DNA of 57,330 nt from Prasinococcaceae sp. CCMP 1430. Its lineage: Eukaryota; Plantae; Prasinodermophyta. A program made the position numbers and the translations under genes. A model generated the notes under the pieces. The model was not told the origin of the DNA. It ran no database searches and saw only the letters and a list, made by a program, of their open reading frames with translations. Shown piece by piece: positions 1 to 10,606 of the stretch (positions within the stretch are counted from its first letter, which is position 1; each line of letters starts with the position of its first letter). Location: assembly GCA_013416795.1 (NCBI GenBank), contig RQSC01000001.1, positions 228,605 through 285,934 on the forward strand, written 5' to 3'.

Positions 1-638
1 GCCGCGTGCCTGCGCCGAGCGCGCGCAGTGGCACGGCGCCGGTCGGGGGGGCGGCGCAAACCGCGCCGGCGCTTCCCGACGCCCCGCCCATTTTTTTTTT
101 TTTTTGCCACATCAAACCGCACCCTCCCGTCGGCGCGCCGCCCAGCCAGCTAGCCAGGCCGCTGGCTAGCAGAGCGCGGTTTTCCTGCCGTCGACCCAGG
201 TCAAATCTGGGGTCCTGCGGGTTCTGAAGGCGTTCGTTACGACGCTTTTGACGTTCGGTACCGGCAGAGCAATCCGGACATGAAGAGACAAAAAAAAAAA
301 AAAGGTATCGGGGCGGCGGCGTCAGCATGGCGACGCGAGCGCTCTGGCGAGCGCTCTCTGGCGGGCGGGGGCGCAGGCGCGGGCGGGCGCGCTCCCGTGT
401 GGGCGCAGGTGCTCGTGCGTGCTGGCAGCGGACGCGGGAGCGAGGGGTGTGGAAAGCACGCGCGGGCGGCGGGTGGGCGGCGGCGGGCGGGCGAGGAATT
501 CAGAGTCGGGTCTGGCCGCGGCGCGCGCACCTGAGAGCGCGAGGGCAGGTGGGAGCGCCGCCGCCTGCAAGGGCGCCGCCCGGGAACTGCGCGGGGCGGA
601 AGGGGGCGTGAGGGGGCGTGCAGGACCAGGTGGCTGCC

Positions 639-1385
639 ATGTCGTCCGCAGATGTGGAGGGCTCGACGCCCGCGCGCGCGTCCGCCGCATATGGCAAGCG
701 CGAGTTCGCTTACCTGGGAACGCTCTCCTCCAGCGACAACGTGACCGCGTCGGCGCTGCGCAAGCGTAATGGCCGCGTGGAGGTGGCGACGATGGGCCGC
801 AAGGCCGATCAGGGCTTCTTCGACAGCGTGGCGGACGCCACGCGCGGGGTCGAGGACCGCCGCGCGCGCGACGTGCATGCGCGCCGCGCCGAAAAGGAGG
901 GCGGCGATGCGACCGACGACGATCGCTTCTTCCGCTTCAAGCAGTGGTTCGGCGACGCGCACGCCAAGGCCGCCGAGATGGCCAAGTTCATGCGCCCGAT
1001 GGAGCCGCTGCCGCCCCCGCCGCAGCAGGCGTTTGTGCACCCCTCCGAGCAGGGCCAGCTGCCGCCCAACTTCTCGAACATGACCTCGCTCGGCAGCTTC
1101 AACACTGGCGCGCAGCAGCAGCAGCCCCCCCAGGAGCACTACACGCACGAGCAGCCGCAGTTGCAGTACCAGTACGGCCAGCCGCCGTCCATGATCGCGC
1201 ACATGCCTCCGCCCGTCGGTGGCCTGCCGCCGATTCTGTCGGGGGGGGGGGGCGCGGACGGCAACAGCTTGCCCATGCATCAGCAACCGCCGCCGCAGGA
1301 GCAGCCTAGCTTCCTCTCCCCCAACCAGTGGGGGTCGCAGCCTGCGCCATCGACGGACGAGTGGGAGACGGTCCGGCGTCGGTGA
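639..1385 (+). CDS. Hypothetical protein (~248 aa), charged N-half and Pro/Gln-rich C-half
   Basis: ATG at 639 within ORF 618..1385; third positions strongly G/C as in the housekeeping genes here; no family recognised; an upstream exon cannot be excluded. Confidence 0.6.
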   Translation: MSSADVEGSTPARASAAYGKREFAYLGTLSSSDNVTASALRKRNGRVEVATMGRKADQGFFDSVADATRGVEDRRARDVHARRAEKEGGDATDDDRFFRFKQWFGDAHAKAAEMAKFMRPMEPLPPPPQQAFVHPSEQGQLPPNFSNMTSLGSFNTGAQQQQPPQEHYTHEQPQLQYQYGQPPSMIAHMPPPVGGLPPILSGGGGADGNSLPMHQQPPPQEQPSFLSPNQWGSQPAPSTDEWETVRRR

Positions 1386-1653
1386 AGCGTTTTGGTTGCC
1401 CACGCCGCTCGCACTTCGACCTGCGCCTCCAAGCGCGGCAGTAAGAGACTGCCATGCGACGCTCTACGGACGCGCGAAGGCGCCGCGGCGCCGCCGGCAA
1501 GTGCTCGCTCGCGGCCCGCTGCTCGCGCCGAGTCATCGCCGGAAGCGAGCGCGGCGCTTTCCTCCCTGGTCGCCGCGCCGCGCCGCGCCAACAACCGAGC
1601 GCGGTAGCCCCCGTCGCTTGCCAACCGATCTCTTATATGCTTCTATGCAGCGC

Positions 1654-3023
1654 CTAGCACTCCCACGTGTACGGCGTCAGGATCTCGACGCCGTCGTCCG
1701 TGACAAGCAGCGTGTGCTCGAACTGCGCGGTGATGCCGGCATCGGCGGTGACGACCGTCCACTTGTCGGGCCACGTGCGCTCGGCGATGCGACCCGTCAG
1801 CGTGAGCATGGGCTCGACGGTGAAGGTCATGTCCTTCTCGATGACACCCGGCTGCGAGTTGGCCATGTGGAACACGGTCGGCCCCGAGTGGAAGGTCTCG
1901 CCCACCCCGTGCCCCACATAGTTCTCCACCACCCCGTACTTCTTCTCGTCTGCGACTTGCTGGATGCGGCGACCGATCTCGCTGAGCTTGGAGCCCGGCT
2001 TGATGGTGTGGATGGCCTCCTCGAGAGCGCGCCGCGTCGTGCGCACGAGGTCTCGCGCCTCGTCGCTCACGTCGCCGCAGTAGAAGGTAAACGAGGTGTC
2101 GCCGTGCACGCCATCGAGGTAGACCGTCACGTCGATGTTGACGATGTCGCCGTCAACCAGCGGGCGCATGTCGGGGATCCCGTGGCAGATGCACTCGTTG
2201 ACGCTCGTGCACACGCTCTTGGGGAAATTTCCGTAGTTGAGCGGGGACGGGTACGCGCCCGCGTCGATGATCATCTGGTGCACGAACCTGTCGATCTCGT
2301 CGGTGGTCACGCCAGGCTTCACCATTGCGCCGGCGGCATCGCGCACCTTGGCAGCCAGAGCACCCGCGGCGCGCATGCGGTCCTTGTGCGCCTGGCGGGC
2401 GCGCGTGAGGGCGCACGGGGAAGCACGCGACCTTCGTCAGCAAGGCCTACGCACCGACGCAGCGCAACCGCGGCTGCTCGGCGCGCATACGAAGCGCACC
2501 GCGGGGCACACCGGCGCAGCATTTGCCCGCGTCTGCGCACCTGTGTCTTGGCGAGCTGGTAGCTATCGTTCCACGCGGGCGGCTTGCCCGTGTCTGCGTA
2601 GCTTGGCCTAGGAATGTTTGCGGGTACGGGCAACGTGGGCGTCACCGTGTGCACGCTCAGCGGGATGCGGCCGTCGGGCAGTGCGGCGCCGGGCGCGGAA
2701 GGGTCGATGGCACGGCGCCCCATCGCCATGAGATCACCGAAGGCGCCCTTGGAACCTTTCGGTGCCGACTTGACGGCCGTCGCAGCGCGGGGCGCCGCGG
2801 CGGCTGCAGCCGTGCCCTCATCTCCACCGACACCCCCGCCCCCCGCCTTCTCCGCCTTCTTCTGCCGCGCGAGCTCCCCAAATGCCCCCCCGCGTTTGCG
2901 CCGCTTCTTGCCGCCAGCCTGGGCCGTGGGCGCCAGCCGCCGCGGCGCCGCGCTCGTGCCGAGTGCGAGCCGCTGATGCGTCGCGGCGGCCGCCGCCGCA
3001 CGCCGCGCGCCACACAGCATCAT
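1654..3023 (-). CDS. MAP1: Methionine aminopeptidase type I, organelle-targeted; exons 3023-2541 and 2391-1654 (~406 aa)
   Basis: Motifs FPKSVCTSVNECICHGIP, NIDVT, DTS, GHGVG, FTVEPM, AQFEHT; phase-0 GTGCGC...CCAG intron 2540-2392 joins YQLAKTQ|AHKDRMRAAG; Arg/Ala-rich N-terminus resembles a transit peptide. Confidence 0.93.
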
Positions 3024-3445
3024 CACCGACGCAGCAGTGCGCGGGCCTGCCGGTCTCCCACCCACCCCCGCCCCGCCCGGCGCGCCCTTGCTCTTGCCTC
3101 AGCGCCGCCCCTCGCTCGCCTGCCGCGCGCGTGCGCAGAGGTGTGGCGCGACCCCTGCACCCTGCTCTCTCCGATCCGCTCGCACCTCATGGGGCGCTTG
3201 GCTGTCCTAACCCTAGGTGGGAATAAACCAATATTCCGTGGGGCGCGATCGCCCCGCCGCACCTTGCAGCCGACGCGCCACCCCTGCCGACGCCGGGCTG
3301 GGATGGTGGCAGGGGTGTGTGTGGTGGTGGTGGTGTGTGGGGGGGGGGGGGAGGAGAGGGATAAGAGAGGCCGGACCGCAATGAACACAATATTTTTTAG
3401 AGGGCTGATATAGTACATACAACGGGGCTGTCAGCGAGAGCGCGC

Positions 3446-6400
3446 TCAGCTCGACACCTGGCCAACGGTCCCCGCGAGCGCCGCGCTCAGGTAGCCCTGC
3501 ACGACGGGGCGCTCCTCCGTGCCCGAGGTGGCGATGCACGTCACCATGCCATCGCCCGTGTCGAGCATGCGGTAAGCCTCGTAGAGGTCGTCCACGGTGG
3601 CCGACTCGTACAGCGCCACGAGGTCGGACACGCAGCCCAGGTTCTTGCCGGGCACGGACTCGGACTGCGTGTGCGAAAGCAGGCCGAGCCAGTACTGGTT
3701 GTCCTTGAGGTCGGACTCGTGGCGCGTGAGCAGCGTGCGGCGGGCACGATCGAGCTCGCGCGTGGTCACGCGGTGCAGAGCGAGGCCGCGCAGCACGCGC
3801 AGGCTCGCGGCCGCGGCCTCGTCGATCTTCTCCGGCATCGACGTCACCGACAGGAGATACCAGCCGCCGACCAGACGCTCGAAGTTGCTCAGCTCGAACG
3901 AAACGTCGTAGGTAAGGCCAAGCGAGTCGCGCACGGTGGTGAACAGGCGCGAGTTCATCACCTCGGCCAGGAGCGACAGCGCGACGCCGGCGAACATCGG
4001 GTGCTGGCGCAGCAGCGACGGTTTGGGTGGCGTGGGGGCGGTCACTCCCGCCGCCCCACCGGCAGCGGGCTGCGCGCCGGTCGCCGCGCCCGCAGCCGCG
4101 GCCGCGGCAGCCAGCACGTTGCCCATCTGGCTGGCAGACATCTGCTGCGCCGGCACCTCGACACCGCCGCCCGCGCCCGCGGTCTGCTGCGCCTCGCCGC
4201 TGGCGTCGCCTCCCGCGGCCGCCTGTAGCGCCGCCGGGTCGGCGCCCGCCCCCCAGCGGTTGGGCGCACGCCCCGCAAGGTACGCGCACGCGCGCTCGTC
4301 CGAGTCGGTCAGGTGCAGCCGCTGCATGCGCTTGGCGCCGATGTCCGCGTCCGAGGCGTAGCTCAGGCCCGAGGCGTTGCGCGCGGCCACCACCGCCGAC
4401 GGCAGCGCCGACGGCGGCACGGTCTCGACGTATTCGTCGAGCATGTCCTCGAGCACCTCGACGTCGAAGTCACCCACGATGTTCACCTCGAGCGTCTCGG
4501 TGGCCAGCTGCCCCTGCACGATGTCGCGCACGCGTTCCAGCACCAGCGCGTCGAGCTCCTCGGGCGCCGGGTCGGTGAAGCGCCTGTCCTCCCCGAGCAG
4601 CGTCTGGATGAGCGTGTTTGAGGCCGCGCGCTCGAGACTGCGCGTCGAGGCGCGCCAGTGCGAAGCGTACAGCTGCTTGGCGCGCTCGAATGCCGAGCCC
4701 TCCCACCGCGGCCGCGTGAGCACCAGGTGCAGCAGCTGCAGGCTCTTGGCCAGACCCTCCTCGCGCATGGAAAAGTGGAAGTCCATGGTGACGAACTCCT
4801 CGTCGCTCTCGAGCATGCAGTTGATCAAGTTGCTCACGCAGAAGAGCTCGATTTGCTCCCTCGAGTAGTCAGCGACGCAGCCACCCTCGGAGAGCGTGCG
4901 CGTGCCAACCGCCACCGCCCCGCCCGACTTGACGTCCTCCATGGAGCGCCCGCCGGGCGCCACCACGCGCAGCATGGCGTTGCACGGCTCGTTGAGCGTG
5001 TGCTTGTAGTTCACGCTGATGCCGTTGCGCAGCTTGATCTGGACCGCGCCGGTCTTCGGGTCCGCCACGCGCTGCGGCACCACAGATGCGACCGTGCTGG
5101 CGGCGTGGCGCTGCAGCGCCACGGCAACGTCGCCGCGGGTCATGAGCATGTCCGGCACGTCCACCTCCGCGCTGGCGAAGGTCTCGATGCCCTCGGGAGC
5201 CTGCAGCGCGTCGTTGACGTCCTCGGGACTCACCACGAACGGCACGGGCGCGCCGTCCGGGCCCGGGCGCGACATCGCCTCGGGGCAGCTCATGACGATG
5301 GCGGCGCTCTGCGGCGCGCCGTCGCGGCCGAACTCGCTCACGAAGCGGCACAGCTCGCGCGCCGTGCGGTTGACCTCGTCGAGGGTCACACTCTGCGCCG
5401 CCACCACCAGGGCGTCGTTGCCCTGCATCTGGTCCATGACGCAGTGGCCCAGCGCGTCGCTCTCCATGATGAAGTCGAGGTTGTCGACGCTGGGCACGCG
5501 GTCCATCTGCAGCGCGAGCTGCTCCGAGTCCGCGAGCAGCGCGGACAGGAAGCGCTTCATCTCTCCTTCGGAGAGGCCGTTGGCGACCAGCCTGCGCACC
5601 TCGAGCGCGGCGACGCGCACCGCCTCGTCCCAGTGCTCGGGCTCCGCGGTCACGCTGAAGGTGGTCACCGCGCAGCCCTCCCGGCCCGAGTCGCTGTGGT
5701 CGAGCTCCACCACGCTGAACGGCGGCGGCCTGTCCAGGTAGCTGTTGTACAGCGCGCTCACGCGGAACTGAAAGGCCGAGAGCACGATGCGCACCATGAG
5801 GCTGTTCACGAGCGCGTCCACGTTGGTGACCGACTCCACGGGCACCTTGGCGAACACGGAGAGCTGCACGCTCTCCAGGAGCGTGTGCTGGAAGAGCACC
5901 GGCTGCGTGCTGGGCGGGCGCGGCGGCGCGACGGGAACGCCTGAGCTGCCGGCCTCGGGGACCCCCGTGGGGCCGACGCCCGCGCCGCCGCTCGACCACA
6001 GGTGGACGACGGGGGGCGCGGCCTGGCGCCGCGGCTTCTCGGGCACCTCGACGTCCTCCGAGAGCACCTTGTGCGGGCGCGCGGGCGTGTCGCCGAAGGC
6101 CTCCTCGACCAGCGCCGCGCACTCGTCCGCGTCCACGTCGCCAACCACGTAGAGCGTGGTGTTGGCCGGGAAGTAGTGCTTGGCGTGGTACCTGCGCACG
6201 GTGTCGTGGTCCCAGCCGACGATCTGCTCCTGCTTGCCGATCGGGAAGCGGTTGCCCAGGCGGTTCTCCGAGTGCAGCTGCTCGAGCAGCTGGCAGTCCA
6301 CGCGGTACTCGATGGTGTTCATCATCTGCAGCTCGGCGAGCACGGCGCGGCGCTCCTTCTCGATGCGCTGCGGCAGGAAGCGCGGCTGGAACGCGATCTC

Positions 6401-6806
6401 CTCGAGCGCCTCGAGGGCGAGCCGCACCATCGGCTGGCCGAGCGGGCCCTCCAGCGGCGAGTGGATGTGGAAGACCGTGTGGTGGAAGTCGGTGTACGCG
6501 TTGGAGCGCGACCCCGTGCCGAGCAGCCCCTCTCGCTTCTTGCTGCCGAGGAACGTCACGTGCTCCACGAGGTGTGCCAAACCCTGCTCGTCGACCTCCT
6601 CGTCGATGGAGCCGGCGTGTACCTCGAGGTGCGCCTCGAAGCGGCGCGGGGGCACGGCGTTGGGCAGGATGACGTAGTGCAGCCCGTTGTCGAGCACGCC
6701 GCGCCGCAGCTTGGGGTGCGTGGGCAGCCCCCCGACCGCCGAGGCGACGCCCGCCTCGGGCGCCGCGACCGAGCTGCACGCCTGGTCGGCGGCGCGCTGC
6801 GCGCGC
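3446..6806 (-). CDS. SPP: Chloroplast stromal processing peptidase (M16 family), 5' end lost at the N join
   Basis: HPKLRRGVLDNGLHYVILPN, inverted zinc motif HLVEH, NAYTDFHHTVFHIHSP and C-terminal SRLFTTVRDSLGLTYDVSFE resemble plant/green-algal SPP; residues upstream of N6807 belong to another gene. Confidence 0.93.
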
Positions 6807-6807
6807 N
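6807..6807. other. Single-N scaffold join (SPP | sulfatase)
   Basis: N in sequence; unrelated reading frames end on either side. Confidence 0.85.
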
Positions 6808-7125
6808 CGAGGGCACGCGCGGCGCGCCGACGCCCTCCAACTCGGCGGCGTGCTGTGGCGCGGGCATCGTGGGGTCGTGCGCCGCGGGCGGCGCCACCCA
6901 CGCGAAGAAGGGCTTTCCCCACGGCCGGCGCTCATCCCCCCGGCCGGCATCGCCGCGGATGAACGCCTTGGACTGCTCGTGCACGAGCTTGGTCAGGTAG
7001 TCGGCTTCGTAGGTGTCGCCGTGTTTGACCTCGACGCCGTCGTCGCTAAGCGAGAAGTTGTAGTAGATCGAGTTGCCCACGAGGCCGTACCAGCGGTCCC
7101 AGCCTGGGGGCACGTGCTCCGGGCC
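6808..7125 (-). CDS. Internal fragment of an N-acetylglucosamine-6-sulfatase-like sulfatase
   Basis: GPEHVPPGWDRWYGLVGNSIYYNFSLS...HGDTYEADYLT...PFFAWVAPPAAHDP...APRVPS matches the central GNS-type segment; cut at N6807; N-terminal CxPxR motif not found upstream. Confidence 0.75.
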
Positions 7126-8309
7126 GCGCGCGCCGCGCGGCGCGACACAGCCACCCACAGCCACCGGCCGCGGGGCGCCCGCGCCGGTTCCGTCCGGTGC
7201 CTGTTTTGTTCCGGTTCCGGATCCGTTCCGGGCCGGTGGTGGCGCCGCGGCTTCGGCGCGCGCGCGGCGCGGAGCGGCGCGGCCCAACCAACCAATGCGC
7301 AGCGCAGCGCACCAGCGCAATTTGGTTTGGTGGGTGGGTGGGATTCGGTCGGCGGGCCGCCGGCCGGCCGGCGCCGCAGCGCTTCCATCCATCCATCATT
7401 CTTTCGCTGCCAGCCAGCCACCGACCGACCGACCGAAGCGCACGTGGTGGATGGACTCCATCCATCCGCCATCTTCGACGTCATTCCCACCACGGCGCCC
7501 ACGGAATTCGCGGCGTGGGATGGGCGACGAGCGAGGGGAAAAGGAAGAGAACGTGCTCCGGCCGGCCGGACGTCTGTCGTCATCGGATGGCGCGAGGGCA
7601 CCACCACCAGCCCGGCAGCACGAGCGAGTGAGGCGTGACCGACGACCGACACGCGGATCAGCCAGCCAGTCACCACTCCCCGCCGCGTGGCCGCCCCGCG
7701 CGCCCTCCCCGCTGCCGGAACGACCAACACCCCCGCGGTCCGCGCCGCCCCCACCACTGCTCGGCCGCGGGCGCGCCCCCCCGCCCGTCCATGCCAGCGC
7801 CCGCGCGCGCGCCCCATTGAAGTAAACCCTACAACATCGAAAGATCAAACCCAAACCCGCGGCTCCCGCCTCTCTCGCCCTCGAGCGGCGCTGCAGCAGG
7901 GGGTGCACTCTCCCTCTCCCTCGCTCTCTCCGCGCGCCGCGCGGGACGACACACAGCTCGCGCCGCAGCGCGCGCGCCCCGCGTCACGTGCGCGCGAGAG
8001 GAGGGACGGAGGGGCGCGGGCGAGGCAGCGACCTCTCTCGGCGGGAAAGGGAAGAAAAGGAGGGAGAGGGCGAGCGGGTTGGCGGGCGGGCGGGCAGGCT
8101 GAAAGGGCAGCAGCGGAGTGGGCCGGACGGCGCGCCGGCCGCGCCGGCCAGCGCGGGCGCGCCGTTTTTTTTCTCGCGAGTTCCTCTTCCCCGCGGCGAA
8201 CGCGGACCCCTGCTGGTACCGGGGACCTGGGCGCCTCTTCCGCCCCCCAACCCACCCACCCCCGAACCAACCCAGCCCCGGACCCCCCGGCGCGCCGCGG
8301 CGCGGCCGG

Positions 8310-9974
8310 ATGGTCGAAATCCAGGAGGCCGAGCCCGCAGAGGCGCAGCCCGACGGGGCCGCCGCGGGGGCCGACGTGGGCGCGCAGGAGCAGGAGAGGG
8401 CCGAGGAGCGCGAGGGTGACAAGGATGAGGAGGACCGCGAGCGTCGCGCCAAGAAGGCCTACGCCAAAGAGGTGCTGAGCGGAGGCTTCGGCTACGAGCG
8501 AGCCTTCTCCACGTCGGACGTGCTCGCGTCGTACACGGTGTACGCGGGCGAGGATGCGGGGGGGAAGGAGCTCGCGGGCGCCACCAACGCGACGCTCTCC
8601 ATCGCCAAGTTCAAGGAGAGCTGGGTGGAGTGCGCGAGCGTGGTCGCCGACGTGCTGTGCGACATGCTCGCGGGCGAGCGCTGCACGGTCAGGGTGGAGC
8701 CCGAGGCCACCGGACTCGACAACGGCGAGCCCGCCTTCATCGAGCTCGAGCTCCACCAGATCCTGCGCGAGGTAGCCAAGCTGCGCCGCGGCGACCTGGA
8801 CGAGGGTGAGCCCGGCGTGCTGCTCAGGCGCCGGGAGGGCTCGCGCGACGCGTGCATCGGCCGCGTGCCGCTGCTGGGCTCGACGGGCAGCTGCCGGCTA
8901 CGCCTCGCCAAGGCCGTGCCGCCGGAGCTCAGCGAGGCGGGCGTGCGGCCCCGTTTCTTCGGCGCGGACGACGGCGCGGGGTGGCCGGAGGTGGGCGAGT
9001 GGTGGGAGTGCGAGTACGAGTGCGGCGACGGCGAGCTCGCCGAGGGCGTCGACCTCGCCGTGCGAAACGCGCGCTCGGACGAGCTGTGGACGGCGCGCGT
9101 GCGCGGCGAGCACTGCTTCCCTGACGTGCCGGTCGACGCGCTGGGCCGCGACGGCACCCATGACCTGTTCGCGCACGCGATCGAGCTCGAGATCCGGCAG
9201 GAGGACTTCGTTGGCGGCGGCACGGGCATCGACATGAGGATCGAGGAGAAAGTCGAGCGCGGCGAGGCGTGCAAGAAGCGAGGCAACAAGCTCTTCAAGG
9301 CCGGGCGCTTGCGGCGCGCCGAGGCGGTCTTCTCCGAGGGCGCGGACCTCTTCAACGTCGTGCAGTCCGAAGACTTCGACGAGACCGGCCAGAACGCGCG
9401 CTACAACAGGCTCAGCGAGAAGCACCAGCGCCCGCTGCTGCTCAACGTGGCGCTGTGCAAGATCAAGCGCGGCGCGCACAAGGACGCCCTGCAGGACCTC
9501 AACGAGGTGCTCCTGCACGACTCCAAAAACGTCAAGGCGCTCTACCGGCGGGGGTTGGTGCACCTCGAGCTCGAGAACTTCGCCGACGCACGAACGGACC
9601 TCGAAAAGGCCGCGCACATCGACACGTCGCTGCGCCGCGAGGTCGACAGGGAGCTCACGCGCCTCAAGCGGAAGATGAACGAGGCAACGGTCGCTGAGAA
9701 GAAGGCGTACAAGCACCTCTTCGACACGTCCAGACATCGGGAGCTCGTGTACACCGACGCGGAGATCAAGGCCTCGGAAGCCACGGGCAAGGACCTGCCC
9801 CACTACGTCCAGCCAACCCACGTGGAGAAGGCGCTGCGCATCGACAACCTCGACGCCGAGTTCGCCGAGATCGATGAGGAGGAGGCCGAGCTGAAGGCCA
9901 TGAGAGAGCAGGCGAAGAAGCAGTACTACACTGGCGGGCGCCTCACGAAGATGGGACTGGGCATGGGCATCTGA
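8310..9974 (+). CDS. TPR protein with FKBP51/52/ROF-like C-terminal TPR region and a divergent N-terminal region (554 aa)
   Basis: ATG 8310; KKRGNKLFKAG...LLLNVALCKIK...NVKALYRRG...DARTDLEKA...EKKAYKHLF is typical of FKBP-type TPRs; PPIase active site not recognisable. Confidence 0.8.
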   Translation: MVEIQEAEPAEAQPDGAAAGADVGAQEQERAEEREGDKDEEDRERRAKKAYAKEVLSGGFGYERAFSTSDVLASYTVYAGEDAGGKELAGATNATLSIAKFKESWVECASVVADVLCDMLAGERCTVRVEPEATGLDNGEPAFIELELHQILREVAKLRRGDLDEGEPGVLLRRREGSRDACIGRVPLLGSTGSCRLRLAKAVPPELSEAGVRPRFFGADDGAGWPEVGEWWECEYECGDGELAEGVDLAVRNARSDELWTARVRGEHCFPDVPVDALGRDGTHDLFAHAIELEIRQEDFVGGGTGIDMRIEEKVERGEACKKRGNKLFKAGRLRRAEAVFSEGADLFNVVQSEDFDETGQNARYNRLSEKHQRPLLLNVALCKIKRGAHKDALQDLNEVLLHDSKNVKALYRRGLVHLELENFADARTDLEKAAHIDTSLRREVDRELTRLKRKMNEATVAEKKAYKHLFDTSRHRELVYTDAEIKASEATGKDLPHYVQPTHVEKALRIDNLDAEFAEIDEEEAELKAMREQAKKQYYTGGRLTKMGLGMGI

Positions 9975-10606
9975 GCACCCGCGACGGCGGAGGGGCTCCT
10001 CTGGCGCGCGGACGCACGACGAGGCGCGCCCGGCAGCGCCCGCCGCACGCGCGCGCAGATCGCGTAAATCTCTTCAAGCGAGCCCGCCTCGTCCCAGCTG
10101 AGCGGCGCGGAGGTCGTGGCGGCGCTGCCGGTGCCCGCGGGCACGCGCACTGCCCGCGGGCGCGCCTGTGCCGGAGGGGTGTGGTCACTACCGAGGCGAA
10201 CTCTAGAGGGCACGTTGCCGACATCACTTTCAATTGGCGTGGAAACCGAAACCCCCGTGAGCGAGCGCGCAACCGGCTGGTGCCACTTGCCGCGCAGCGC
10301 CTCAGCGGCGCCTGCGCATGCCCCTCGCCCCTCCGCCCCTCGACGCCCCCCTGCTCCTCTGACCCCGCCGCGGTGCGCACGTGCGGCGCCGTACGCATAC
10401 GCGCGCGCTGCCTGGAGGCTGGGGCGAGTCATCGCATCGTGCCGCCGAGGGCGCGTGCGCCCCAACCGGGCAGACTGGATAGGCAGTGCATGGCCAGGCC
10501 GCAGCAGTCGCACCCATAGCATCTCACTGCCGAGGCCTGGCGGCGCGCGGCTCAGCTCCTTGGCGGCTCCGCCGCTTCACCCCAAGACACCCACGCGCTG
10601 CCGAGG

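Noticed and set aside
149-170. Hairpin GCTAGCCAG-GCCG-CTGGCTAGC as a terminator
   Set aside because: Rho-independent terminators do not apply to a eukaryotic nucleus, and a single 9-bp stem is weak evidence of function.
3446-7392. Sulfatase-SPP fusion protein or extended SPP N-terminus
   Set aside because: The two are in different frames and meet exactly at the single N (6807); an assembly join.
9926-10522. Minus-strand ORF overlapping the TPR gene 3' end
   Set aside because: Partly protein-like (LSWDEAGSLEEIYAIC) but has no ATG at the called start, no motif and no convincing splice model.
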